Below are positions 1 to 10,358 of a DNA stretch of 33,732 bases, in pieces. The stretch covers positions 1-33,732 of the IMG/VR virus record IMGVR_UViG_3300044617_001497. One strand, given 5' to 3'. This DNA comes from a virus (Duplodnaviria; Caudoviricetes). The stretch's first letter is position 1, and each line of letters begins with the position of its first letter. A model generated the notes under the pieces. The model was not told where the DNA came from and did not search any database. It saw nothing but the letters and a program-made list of their open reading frames with translations. A program made the position numbers and the translations under genes.

Positions 1-2281
1 TGGCCGATGTTGGCATACCTCCAATTGTACCTCCAACACCTTCTTGTGCGTCTGCAATATTTTGATTTATCGAGTTCTCATCAAAATCATCAGATAATGT
101 TGCATTTCCACAATCACAATCGCATGATGCGCAATCTGGATAAGTAATCATAGGTAGTCCTATCCTTGGAAATCCGGTTATCCTCAAGGCGGCAAAAATT
201 GATGCTGCTAGAAATGTTAAAGACAAGGCAACAAAAAACGCACATTTTAATGCATAGTAAATCAAAAGAAATATTAATCGAATTATTTCTAAAATATTTG
301 TTACATTCACAACAAACCCCGCACCTGCACTTATTATACCAGAAATTTCATTTATTTGGTGTGCTGTTTCTGATATGGTATCTCTACAAAATTCAATTGA
401 TAATCTTAATAACAATATTCCTAAATAAATTAATACAAATTTTAAAATTGGCCACATAAGTGCAACAAAATGTGCAACAAATAATATAACTAAAAGTGGT
501 ATGGATAATATATTAATTAATAAATTGAATGTGAAAAATTGTGCATCAAAGTTTCTTATGATATCATTAACTGGAAACGTATTTACATTAGATTTACAAG
601 TCCTGTTATCAATTTCCTTAATACCTAAATGTTTTGCTCTCCCTCTACCATTTTTATATCTATCGATAAACAATGCTGTTGTGTAAACCTTATTATAATG
701 GTATTCATAAAACGTGTCTTCACAATCAATCGCCGATTGGGGATCAACATAATCGTCCCAATCTAAACTAAAACTATATGAACGAAGTAGGTCAAAATAG
801 TCCTGACCATAAAAATTGTATTCAATCTGTGATGGTTGATTTGGATCTGTTTTAGTGATTGTAATTTGTATTATATCACCAACGTTAATCGGAATTAAAC
901 TTATATCACCAAAATATGGTTGTGAATTAATTGATATTAATATAGAACTGACATTTTGTGTATTTGATAAATGAAACCCACCGTTTCCTATAAGTGGTGT
1001 CACCAAATAAGAAACTGATAATGTTCCAACCGGGAAATTAATAGTAACGCTTGGCGGTGCTATTGGCGCATTAATTAATGGATCACTGTTCGAGGTAGTC
1101 CATCCATGTTCTTTTATATTTGGGACTAAAAAGTTTGCTCTTTGAACCTCGTTTTGAAGTCCTCCTTCATTATTCCATTTAAACTTTAATCTATATTTTC
1201 CTTTTGTGGGTATACCGACTTTTGGATCCAAAGAAATTGCTGGTTCACCAAATTCATTTGTGTAAACATAATCCATGTTCATAGGTATATTAATCACATA
1301 TGATCCATCTCCGTCGATAAGTTTACCATCTTGTTCAAACTTATATTGTTCCAGAATTGGAAGTCCTTGGTCGTCCAGGTTAATTGTTTGTCTTATTGCC
1401 AAAACTTGTCCTGGACCGGCAACCATTTCACATAAATTTCCTGTATTATTTTTTGGTTTACATGATTTTGCTCTTATCGCATCATCATCTGCATTTGACA
1501 TAATTGACCCCATAAGAATCGCCTTGGGTTCAATTTTAATATTCGATTCTTTTGTTAAGTCAAAATCAACTCTTGTTATACCTAATTGACAAATATCTTC
1601 CTCACCCCACAATGGTGAAATCTCTACAATCTTTGTGAGACTTTTTACTTGTGGTAACTCATTTAGATTTGATGAGGTTTTGAACTGATTTCCGTCAACT
1701 TGTGACTCTGTTGCCATACCGGCTTGTATCAAATCTTGTGGTGTAAAAGAAAAACAACCAATATCAGATAAATCAACATCCATAAAGATTGTTTGAGTTC
1801 CTATTGGAACTCCAAAAATCATGAAGTCTCCACTTTCATTTGTTTTTGTCGTGAACTTATAGTATTTGTCATAAACTTCAATATAACTTTGGTCTAAAAG
1901 TGTTTCTTCTTTTGTTGGAAATGATCCGGTAGCGTTGTGACCAACATATGATGGTTCTTTGGACAGTAAGTTATATCTATAACCTTCTTCTGTTGTGTCA
2001 GAAATTGACGTGTAAGGGTATAATTCAGTTATTATTGGGTTTGTTGAGTCTTGTGGTGTGATTGGTAAAAAAACCGAAACTTTTGCATTTGGTAATCCAA
2101 AACCACCGTTTACAAAAACTCTTCCAACAACAACACCATAATCAGAACATTGTCTTGTGTATATATCTTGTTGTAATATTTTTAAAGATAGTATGTTGAT
2201 ACCTTCAAAGTCTTGTTGTAAGTTAACTTTGATTGCTTTATCAACACCCACTTGTGTTCTTATTCTTTGTGATTTTGGCAT
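1..2281 (-). CDS. Large putative baseplate-associated/virion protein, 3'-truncated by the window edge; N-terminal carboxypeptidase-regulatory-like beta-sandwich and long hydrophobic segments
   Basis: Not in the ORF track because it has no stop in the window. ATG at 2281 gives MPKSQRIRTQVGVDKAIKVNL..., and the frame reads through to base 2 (about 760 codons, ending ...GGMPTSA). Contains YGVVVGRVFVNGGFGLPNAKVSVF...TNESGDFMIFGVPIG, hydrophobic stretches at nt ~184-538, and YPDCASCDCDCG. It follows the gp6-like gene and has TATTTAT 15 nt upstream. Confidence 0.8.
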   Translation of the reverse strand, partial: MPKSQRIRTQVGVDKAIKVNLQQDFEGINILSLKILQQDIYTRQCSDYGVVVGRVFVNGGFGLPNAKVSVFLPITPQDSTNPIITELYPYTSISDTTEEGYRYNLLSKEPSYVGHNATGSFPTKEETLLDQSYIEVYDKYYKFTTKTNESGDFMIFGVPIGTQTIFMDVDLSDIGCFSFTPQDLIQAGMATESQVDGNQFKTSSNLNELPQVKSLTKIVEISPLWGEEDICQLGITRVDFDLTKESNIKIEPKAILMGSIMSNADDDAIRAKSCKPKNNTGNLCEMVAGPGQVLAIRQTINLDDQGLPILEQYKFEQDGKLIDGDGSYVINIPMNMDYVYTNEFGEPAISLDPKVGIPTKGKYRLKFKWNNEGGLQNEVQRANFLVPNIKEHGWTTSNSDPLINAPIAPPSVTINFPVGTLSVSYLVTPLIGNGGFHLSNTQNVSSILISINSQPYFGDISLIPINVGDIIQITITKTDPNQPSQIEYNFYGQDYFDLLRSYSFSLDWDDYVDPQSAIDCEDTFYEYHYNKVYTTALFIDRYKNGRGRAKHLGIKEIDNRTCKSNVNTFPVNDIIRNFDAQFFTFNLLINILSIPLLVILFVAHFVALMWPILKFVLIYLGILLLRLSIEFCRDTISETAHQINEISGIISAGAGFVVNVTNILEIIRLIFLLIYYALKCAFFVALSLTFLAASIFAALRITGFPRIGLPMITYPDCASCDCDCGNATLSDDFDENSINQNIADAQEGVGGTIGGMPTSA

Positions 2282-2296
2282 TAATAGATTTTTTTG

Positions 2297-2303
2297 ATAA
2301 ATA
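2297..2303 (-). promoter_or_regulatory. TATTTAT putative phage (late-type) promoter element
   Basis: Minus-strand CTATTTATC, 15 nt upstream of the ATG at 2281; the same heptamer recurs upstream of nine genes. Confidence 0.55.
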
Positions 2304-2353
2304 GTTTATTTCCTATTTTCAAAAAATAATAAGAATTTTAGAAAAATAAATTA

Positions 2354-4192
2354 TCAGAAAAAGTTAACGGTTTTGAAGTTCAATACTCTCACATTAATAT
2401 CTTTATTTGGGAACCTAACTTGATAAGTTTGTGTTGGTTCTGCAAATATTGTATCGGCTACTAATTCGATTTGTCTTGTCTGTGGGTCGGAATATTTTTG
2501 AGAAGTTTGAGATGATGAATATTGACCCCCAACGTTATTAAAAAATAACATATCAGAAATACTTATAACTCCGTCTAATTGTTGTATTTGTTTTCTAATT
2601 TCTGAAACATAAACATTTTCACCTAACTGACGGTTGCTTGGTGAAAAATAATTTGTGATTATTTCAATTACCTTTGTAACCAATGAACCTTGATTTTGTG
2701 TTGAGTCTAAAACAACATCAACAGTTACCGAAAGATCAATAACATTTGCACTTTCAACTGAAATGTAATCATTAATCATTCTGTAGTTTGATAAGTAATT
2801 AGCAATATTTGTTTTAAGTGTGTTTGAAGATATTTCGGTTAGTTTACCATCATTATCATATGATAATAATTTGATTTTAATTTTATTGTTCTCTTCTGTA
2901 ATACTTACTTTACCTGGGGCTCCAAATTGTGATGGCATTGTTCTTATGATCGATTCATAATCATTAATTGTAACTGCTCTGTTTTGTGCCGCAAAATTAA
3001 AGGACACCATTTGTCTCACTTCTTCTGTTGTTGGTGGATTGGCTCCTCCAATTGCTGCGGTTAAGTTGTTACATCTTAATGAATTGATAACAGTTCTATT
3101 AACACTCTCTGATGGTCCGTTTACCGCAAATGATACAATTCCTATTTGATTAATAACGCCAATACCTAAATTACTCGATTGTCCACCACCAACTCTATAT
3201 TGTACAAACATAGTTGTATTTGGTCTTAATGCACTTCCAAGTGTTAAATTATTTGAGTATTTGGAAAGATTAAACCCGTAACCATCTCTTGTAAATTCTC
3301 GAAGTTGTTCTTCTGCAGATGTATTACCACCACCAAATGTCATTTTGAAAAATCCTTCTGGTGTATATTCGGTTATAAACTTGTTATTAGTCATTATGTA
3401 TTTTCCAACTTTAACACCTGGATTATCAGATACTTTTGTTGGGTCTTCGACAAATACCCTGTCTTCCATAAGGGCTTTTACTTCATACCATCTGTTTTCC
3501 AAACCTAAAAATTCTTGAGGTTGGGGTACTGTGGTATATTGTGTTCCTTCTTTAATCAAAACACTAGTTATACCTAAAACATTTTTTTCCGGTAAAAACA
3601 TCTCAAAAAATGGTTTCACGTCATTTGCTGTGATTACTCTTTTGAAAACTTTTGTACTTCCGTTTACAACCACTTCTCTTTTAGTGATTGTATAATTCAA
3701 CAATTTTCCGGATGAATCAAAATTTGGTGTTTTTAATCTATTTGGGAATCCTTCTGAATTTATTGCAGATGAAAAATCAATATCATAAACCGTTTCAAAT
3801 GGTTGTCCACCACCGTTAACTTGAGCACCTCTTCTTAATATTCCACAATATCTTAAATCTTCCTTATCTCCAAAAGCTGGAACAGTTATGGAAAAATCTA
3901 CCAGAGCCACTGATGGTCTTTGTCCTGGTATTTTTAAACCATATGTTCTTGCTATATTATAAATTGATGATCTTTGTTGTGCAAATTGCAAAACGGTTTC
4001 TTGGATACTTCTGTCTATGTGAAATTGTAGGTTATCAGTTACCGCAGCGTTGATATCCATCAAAACTGAAAATATACCAGCATCATTAAAGTTTTGGACT
4101 AAATCTGGATAATACTGTCTTGTAAAATTAATAAGTTCAGTTCTAATCCCCTGAAAATCTCTGGTTGTATATGATATTTTTTTTTCTGCCAT
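2354..4192 (-). CDS. Baseplate wedge protein, T4 gp6 / baseplate J-like
   Basis: 612 aa. N-terminal YTTRDFQGIRTELINF, AQQRSSIYNIARTYG, YRVGGG and FAAQNRAVTINDY are typical of gp6/gpJ. Lies directly after the gp25-like gene. Confidence 0.9.
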   Translation of the reverse strand: MAEKKISYTTRDFQGIRTELINFTRQYYPDLVQNFNDAGIFSVLMDINAAVTDNLQFHIDRSIQETVLQFAQQRSSIYNIARTYGLKIPGQRPSVALVDFSITVPAFGDKEDLRYCGILRRGAQVNGGGQPFETVYDIDFSSAINSEGFPNRLKTPNFDSSGKLLNYTITKREVVVNGSTKVFKRVITANDVKPFFEMFLPEKNVLGITSVLIKEGTQYTTVPQPQEFLGLENRWYEVKALMEDRVFVEDPTKVSDNPGVKVGKYIMTNNKFITEYTPEGFFKMTFGGGNTSAEEQLREFTRDGYGFNLSKYSNNLTLGSALRPNTTMFVQYRVGGGQSSNLGIGVINQIGIVSFAVNGPSESVNRTVINSLRCNNLTAAIGGANPPTTEEVRQMVSFNFAAQNRAVTINDYESIIRTMPSQFGAPGKVSITEENNKIKIKLLSYDNDGKLTEISSNTLKTNIANYLSNYRMINDYISVESANVIDLSVTVDVVLDSTQNQGSLVTKVIEIITNYFSPSNRQLGENVYVSEIRKQIQQLDGVISISDMLFFNNVGGQYSSSQTSQKYSDPQTRQIELVADTIFAEPTQTYQVRFPNKDINVRVLNFKTVNFF

Positions 4193-4198
4193 TTGTTA

Positions 4199-4660
4199 TT
4201 AAATATTTAAGATTACGAAATCACTTGAATCTAAAGCCCCTGAAGTGATTTTATAATCAATTCTTACTTTAGCGGTGTATTCTTTTTCCGCTAGTCCTGG
4301 AACTCTATATTCTCTTGAGCCATCTGGTGTTATATAAGTTGCTCCCGGATCTTCGTAATTCGCGGTTGCAGGTTTAATTTCAATGTTTGTTATTAATATA
4401 CCCGGTAAATATTCACCAACACTATCTCTTATTTCAGTTTCTATTTCTGAAAAGGTTGGTCCGTCAAGTGGTTCGAAAATATATTCGTAAAGTCTGGTAC
4501 CGAAATCTGGTAAAAAATATCTGGTTCCTTTTTTTGTTAAAAGTAAGTGAACTAGATTACTTCTTATTTCTGATGATGTAGTTTGAGTCGCATAAAGATA
4601 TCTACCATCTTCAGAATCATAAAACGGAAAGTTAATACCATATGTGAATCCATTTGCCAT
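4199..4660 (-). CDS. Baseplate wedge / sheath initiator, T4 gp25 (GPW_gp25)-like
   Basis: 153 aa. IRSNLVHLLLTKKGTRYFLPDFGTRLYEYIFEP is the gp25 signature. Confidence 0.92.
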   Translation of the reverse strand: MANGFTYGINFPFYDSEDGRYLYATQTTSSEIRSNLVHLLLTKKGTRYFLPDFGTRLYEYIFEPLDGPTFSEIETEIRDSVGEYLPGILITNIEIKPATANYEDPGATYITPDGSREYRVPGLAEKEYTAKVRIDYKITSGALDSSDFVILNI

Positions 4661-4665
4661 ATAAA

Positions 4666-4672
4666 ATAAATA
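4666..4672 (-). promoter_or_regulatory. TATTTAT putative phage promoter element
   Basis: 5 nt upstream of the gp25-like ATG; a second copy lies at 4692-4698. Confidence 0.5.
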
Positions 4673-4693
4673 TATTATTTTGGATTTTTATAT

Positions 4694-5487
<794 letters not shown>

Positions 5488-5491
5488 ACTA

Positions 5492-5498
5492 ATAAATA
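5492..5498 (-). promoter_or_regulatory. TATTTAT putative phage promoter element
   Basis: 4 nt upstream of the HNH ATG and directly abutting a 14-bp hairpin. Confidence 0.5.
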
Positions 5499-5539
5499 TA
5501 CCGAATAGTGAAAAAATATGATCAATTCACTATTCGGTA
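5499..5539 (-). terminator. 14-bp perfect inverted repeat between the RNR and HNH genes (terminator/attenuator candidate)
   Basis: TACCGAATAGTGAA (5499-5512) pairs with TTCACTATTCGGTA (5526-5539), 13-nt loop, followed on the minus strand by TATTTATT. Confidence 0.6.
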
Positions 5540-5553
5540 ATAATTATTTATAA

Positions 5554-7413
5554 TCACACAATTTCACATGCTCCACCGGCACAAGCGGCTTCACCGCTTA
5601 AGTTAGTATTATCTTGAAGTTCGATGACTTTAGTTAGGTTAACATTTGTTAATGTCTTAACTAATCTTTCAAAATCTTCTTGTGTACAATCCTCAAAAGG
5701 TGCTTGTTTGTAAGTGTGGTTCGAATAAGGTAATACTGAAAGTCCATTATAGAATTTTCTGTTATTCCACATCCATTCACCTACCAATTCCCATTCATCT
5801 TCTTTGATTGAAACTGTTGCTGAAACGTTGTGTGAATTTTGACCACTTCTGTGTCCTGAACGAACCCACTCTTGTGATACTTTTTTCACACGGTCCAACA
5901 TTTGAAAAACTGATTCATATCGAAGAATTGATCCTTCTGGCGCTTTTTGTGGGATTGTGATTACTGCCGTGTCATGTGGACGGAAATATTCGTCTTCAAC
6001 TAATTCAGGATGGTTGATTGCCAAGTAAGAATAGATTGCTTCGTTTTTACCAACACGAATTCTTCTTAAATAAAAATCATTATGCCATGCGTGAATACCT
6101 GAAGATGTTCCCAACACTAATGATGATGTACCCGATGGTTTTACCGTTGTTGTTCTTGCTGCTTTATTGATTCCAATAAGTCCAGCAACTCTTTCGTTCT
6201 CGTCTTTTACGGCTTGTGCTCCAGCTTTCATGTCATAACCTAATACAACACCAGAACCAATTCCCGTCATACCAACTCCGATAAGAGCGTCCTTTTCTGT
6301 CGTTCTTTTCCATACATCGCGAAGGTAATGGAAATCTGTGTATCCGGCTTGGAGAGTCCCGATAAACGCGGCTCCTTTAACTCTTTTTTCAAAATCTTCT
6401 TGAGATTCGATGTCAGAAGCGTTAACCTCACACAGGTTACAGAATTGATACGGACGAAGACCGATTTCACAACAAGGGTTAGTTCCCCAGTCTTTGTCAT
6501 TTGACAAGTAGATACCTGGTTCCCCAGCTCCAGACAATTCAATTCGTTTCCAAAGATCCATAAAGTATTCTTTAGTTACTTTGTGACGAAGAAGAACTGC
6601 CGAGTTGTTTGCTCTACCTCTTTGTGGGTTCTTTTCCCACCAGCTTCCTGATTTACAAGAAATCATTTCATCATCATCAGCGGAAAACAATGATATAAGG
6701 GCCGCTCTTCTAATACCACCTGCCAATACCGCATCTGCAATATGACAAACAATATCATGAGTTTCAATTGGTGTTAACTTTTCTCCATCATTTTTGTTTT
6801 CAAACACTTTAGTAATATTGTGAATACAATCTTTTAGTGGTTGAGGTCCCGGTGCTTTTCCACCTGATGTTACAAGTAACGCTCCTTTTTGACGAATATC
6901 AGAAAAATCAAATACTGGTGTTGATGATTTAACACCAAAATAAGATTCTACTAATACTTTAATTGCGTCGGCCCATCCTTCGATACTATCACCAATCAAG
7001 TATCTTCTTGTTCTACTTGGATTTGGTCTTTTAATCTCTGGAAGTTTTTCAACGTGATGTTTTTGTACTGAAAATCCTACCCCTGTTCCACCTAACAACA
7101 AGAACATTGTTTCTGAAAATGCGTCTTGATGATCGATCGGTAGATAAGCACAGTTGTAGATTCTGTTTGGTGAAATTTCAATTGGTTTTCCACCAAACTG
7201 TAGTGACCTCATCGAAGGAAGAATTTTTTTATCATATACCATTTTGTATACTTCTTCGATTTCGTCTTTAATGTGGGGGTATTTCTTTTGGTGCATTTCT
7301 TTGTTTCTTGTCACCAATTCTTCCCATGTTTCCCGTCTATTCAAATCGGGAACAAATTTGGCGTATTTCATATACACCGTGATGTCGCTTAATATTTTTT
7401 GTGAGATATTCAT
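5554..7413 (-). CDS. nrdJ: Class II (adenosylcobalamin-dependent) ribonucleotide reductase, monomeric RTPR type
   Basis: 619 aa. RRETWEE, YNCAY, GGIRRAA, active-site TNPCCEI, TTVKPSGT, C-terminal redox pair CAGGAC. No intein or intron interruption visible. Confidence 0.93.
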   Translation of the reverse strand: MNISQKILSDITVYMKYAKFVPDLNRRETWEELVTRNKEMHQKKYPHIKDEIEEVYKMVYDKKILPSMRSLQFGGKPIEISPNRIYNCAYLPIDHQDAFSETMFLLLGGTGVGFSVQKHHVEKLPEIKRPNPSRTRRYLIGDSIEGWADAIKVLVESYFGVKSSTPVFDFSDIRQKGALLVTSGGKAPGPQPLKDCIHNITKVFENKNDGEKLTPIETHDIVCHIADAVLAGGIRRAALISLFSADDDEMISCKSGSWWEKNPQRGRANNSAVLLRHKVTKEYFMDLWKRIELSGAGEPGIYLSNDKDWGTNPCCEIGLRPYQFCNLCEVNASDIESQEDFEKRVKGAAFIGTLQAGYTDFHYLRDVWKRTTEKDALIGVGMTGIGSGVVLGYDMKAGAQAVKDENERVAGLIGINKAARTTTVKPSGTSSLVLGTSSGIHAWHNDFYLRRIRVGKNEAIYSYLAINHPELVEDEYFRPHDTAVITIPQKAPEGSILRYESVFQMLDRVKKVSQEWVRSGHRSGQNSHNVSATVSIKEDEWELVGEWMWNNRKFYNGLSVLPYSNHTYKQAPFEDCTQEDFERLVKTLTNVNLTKVIELQDNTNLSGEAACAGGACEIV

Positions 7414-7455
7414 AGTTTACAAATTTAATTATTATTATTTTAATATTCAACTTTT

Positions 7456-8835
7456 TTAGGATTGTTTTTCTCTTTCTTTTCTTTTTTCAAGTAATTCTTT
7501 TACTCTTTGTCTTTGTCTTTCTTCTTTTTGATCTTCAAGACCTAGGAATGTTGTTGTTGATTCTGTATCAATGTCAATCATTGAGTTATCAAATTTACAG
7601 TTTTCAAACACTATTCCGTCATCACCAATTCTAGACTTTGTAATCGCTATTGTTGCCAACTTGAGTTCTTTTTGTTGTAGTGTTTTTGCTATTGATATAA
7701 TTACGTGTCCAACTTGAGCCTTTTTGATTGACCCACCCATTTGATCAGTTGTTACAACTTCAGATGAAATTGATGACCGGTTACCTTGAGTTGCGGTCCA
7801 ACCTACAATATTTAATTCGTGACACATTGCTTCAAATCCTCTCATAACACTACCTTCACTTTTCCATTCGTCCCCAAGATTTTTGTCTGGAACAATACAA
7901 TCAATATAGTCTAATACCACCATGTCAATTTTAACCCCATCAGCAATCATTTTTCTGATTTCGTTTTTGATTTGTAACATGGTTTTGGTGTCAGAAGGTA
8001 ATTTTTTCAAAATCAACTCGTTTGGCATTGTTGTTTTGATTTCTTGTACTTTTTGCATTACTTCCTCTTTTTTTTCTGACAATTCGTCAGGGTGTATTTT
8101 AGTCCATAATGTAAAATGTTTACGTTGAATTACCTTCGGGTTGTCTTCAAAGAATACTTGAAGAACATTAAATCCAAGGTTAAAAGCGTGGTTTGAAATC
8201 TTGGTGAGTACCGTAGATTTACCCACACCTGTTGGTGCTAATATAACACCAATTTCACCCTTCGCCAAACCACCTTTAAGTAGTCTGTCAATTCCTGGTA
8301 TTCCCATTGGAATTGGGTGTCTGTAGTCTTCTTCAAGTACTTGATCTAAATTTGAAAACACGTCCATCATTGAAGTGTCTTTGTTACCCACAAGTAGTGC
8401 GTCTCTTACCAATTCTTCAAGTGTGTCATAACTTTCAAATTCACCACCATCTATGATCTTTTGAGCCTTTACCATTACCTTCTGTAGTTCTTGTTGTTTA
8501 CAGAATTTTAATGCCTTTTCTTGTACAAAATCCGCTCCGTCGATAGGTGCATCCTTGATTTTCTTAATTGTATCAAGGACTACCTTAACTGCAAACTCCT
8601 GTTGTAACTCGGATTTTGCAACTTGTTCAAGTGTTTCAAAAGATGGTGTGTGATCGTACTTTACATAGTACTCTTTAATCATCTGGATGATTATTCTGAA
8701 GTATTTGTTTTCAAAATAATTACTCTCGATAACGTCAAGAATTGAGTGTGAAAACTCTTTGTCTAAAATAATTTGATTGAGTAATTGTACTTGGAAATTG
8801 TTTCCTAAATAGTCAAAATTTTTGTTCGTCGCCAT
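7456..8835 (-). CDS. dnaB: Replicative DNA helicase, DnaB / T4 gp41-like (SF4)
   Basis: 459 aa. Walker A APTGVGKS, Walker B VVLDYID, WTATQGNR, KSR arginine finger. Confidence 0.92.
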   Translation of the reverse strand: MATNKNFDYLGNNFQVQLLNQIILDKEFSHSILDVIESNYFENKYFRIIIQMIKEYYVKYDHTPSFETLEQVAKSELQQEFAVKVVLDTIKKIKDAPIDGADFVQEKALKFCKQQELQKVMVKAQKIIDGGEFESYDTLEELVRDALLVGNKDTSMMDVFSNLDQVLEEDYRHPIPMGIPGIDRLLKGGLAKGEIGVILAPTGVGKSTVLTKISNHAFNLGFNVLQVFFEDNPKVIQRKHFTLWTKIHPDELSEKKEEVMQKVQEIKTTMPNELILKKLPSDTKTMLQIKNEIRKMIADGVKIDMVVLDYIDCIVPDKNLGDEWKSEGSVMRGFEAMCHELNIVGWTATQGNRSSISSEVVTTDQMGGSIKKAQVGHVIISIAKTLQQKELKLATIAITKSRIGDDGIVFENCKFDNSMIDIDTESTTTFLGLEDQKEERQRQRVKELLEKRKEREKQS

Positions 8836-8858
8836 AGTTTTTTTATCGTTTAGTATTG

Positions 8859-8865
8859 ATAAATA
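8859..8865 (-). promoter_or_regulatory. TATTTAT putative phage promoter element
   Basis: CTATTTATC, 23 nt upstream of the helicase ATG. Confidence 0.45.
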
Positions 8866-8874
8866 GTACTAACT

Positions 8875-9318
8875 TTAGATAAAATTTGGTTTAAAATAAT
8901 TAAATTTTTTCCCTGAAAAAATGTCAGTCAACTCACCTAATACCTTTTTCAGTCGTGGGCGTAGGTCTACGGTATATCTGACCTTTGGCGGGTATAGTTT
9001 GGCGTCGAACATTCTCTGACATATTGTCATATCTGCAGTCTTAATAAATAGCATAAAATTTTCTTGACCATCCGTATTTGATGTGTTTAACACTTCCGGA
9101 TTCTCACTAATTTCATACTGATTGTCAATCATGTAAACCACAGTTCTCATTTTAAGATCATACTGTAATTCATTACAAAATTGTCGAACGTAATTATAAA
9201 GTTCTTCAGATTGAATAGAATTTTTATTAAATCCCTTCACATTGAAATACCGTTGTACAACGATGTTTTCATTACACATTAACAAAAACTCCACTTTTGT
9301 TGTTTCTTGTTCTCTCAT
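8875..9318 (-). CDS. Hypothetical protein between exonuclease and helicase
   Basis: 147 aa, tightly packed (3 nt after the exonuclease stop), same strand; no motif recognised. Confidence 0.8.
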   Translation of the reverse strand: MREQETTKVEFLLMCNENIVVQRYFNVKGFNKNSIQSEELYNYVRQFCNELQYDLKMRTVVYMIDNQYEISENPEVLNTSNTDGQENFMLFIKTADMTICQRMFDAKLYPPKVRYTVDLRPRLKKVLGELTDIFSGKKFNYFKPNFI

Positions 9319-9321
9319 AAT

Positions 9322-10338
9322 TTACTTTTTTCTTTGTTTGTTTCTAAAATTTGTTTTTTCTTTTCTTGAAAGTTTTAAAAAGGGCTTCAAGAAATTAACC
9401 CATGCATCATCTCCTTTTGGTAGATATTTAAAAAATCCGTCCTCCATCATCATTCGAATTAAGTTTCTATGTCCTCTTCCATCGGGATCCATCGATTCAG
9501 AGTAGTATTGTTGAACTAATTCTTTTTCCTCGTCATTTAAAAGTGGGTTATCCAAGTCTACAAGTTTTTGGTTAATTACAAAAAATTCATCACCAAAAAT
9601 ACCTTCTTTTGTTTTTCCACTTAAAAGGTTTTGAATTGCCGTATTTCCTTTTTCTTCTTTAAGAAGATTTTCACCTTTTTGTAAAATATAGGTGATATCT
9701 AACTTTCGTTCAAGCAATTCAGGAAATAATTTGATTAATGTTTTTTCACCTAGATAAAATATTCCATCGATATTATCGGAACTATCACCGGTTAAAATTT
9801 TGACGGTTTTAATATTATAGTGTGGAACTTCAATATCGTGTAACTTAATATTATCCCCAAACTTATAATATTGTTTTGCTGATGGTGAATAAATTGAAAC
9901 CTTTTCGCTAATTAATTGAGTTAAATCTCTATCACTTGAGAATATTGTTTTTTCTTCGTCTAACGAGACTTTACAGTAATGAGCAATTAAGTCATCAGCT
10001 TCTGCGTGTTCTGTCTCCAGTTGTCTTACAAACATCTCTTCGAGGTATTGTTTAACTCTTTGTTTCTGATCTAAAAAGGATTCTTCTTTTAATTCTGATT
10101 CTGATGGTTTACGATTCAATTTATATTTTGGATAAATTAATCTTCTTTGTGAAGATGAGGTTTTTGAATCCCAACAAACCAAAACTTTTTGATAATTTTG
10201 CTCTTCCAAAAATTTACGTAAAGTATTCAAAAAGTGCCAAACACCTCCTACATGTCTACCGTTATGATAAAATTCCCGTACACCATGGAATCCTATCTTC
10301 AATAAATTGTTACCGTCAACAAGTAATGTCTTTGACAC
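9322..10338 (-). CDS. 5'-3' exonuclease / flap endonuclease (T4 RNase H, Pol I N-terminal-like)
   Basis: 338 aa, GTG start. LLVDGNN, EADDLIA, SSDRDLTQL and LTGDSSDNIDGI carboxylate motifs. Confidence 0.92.
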   Translation of the reverse strand: MSKTLLVDGNNLLKIGFHGVREFYHNGRHVGGVWHFLNTLRKFLEEQNYQKVLVCWDSKTSSSQRRLIYPKYKLNRKPSESELKEESFLDQKQRVKQYLEEMFVRQLETEHAEADDLIAHYCKVSLDEEKTIFSSDRDLTQLISEKVSIYSPSAKQYYKFGDNIKLHDIEVPHYNIKTVKILTGDSSDNIDGIFYLGEKTLIKLFPELLERKLDITYILQKGENLLKEEKGNTAIQNLLSGKTKEGIFGDEFFVINQKLVDLDNPLLNDEEKELVQQYYSESMDPDGRGHRNLIRMMMEDGFFKYLPKGDDAWVNFLKPFLKLSRKEKTNFRNKQRKK

Positions 10339-10358
10339 TGTTTGATTATAAAATGTTA

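Noticed and set aside
6267-6542. Short alternative-frame minus-strand ORFs inside genes (also 12357-12566, 16787-17023, 19904-20113, 21089-21304, 24473-24658, 32299-32526)
   Set aside because: Nested in longer genes with no motif or gap-filling role, unlike the gp51-like ORF.
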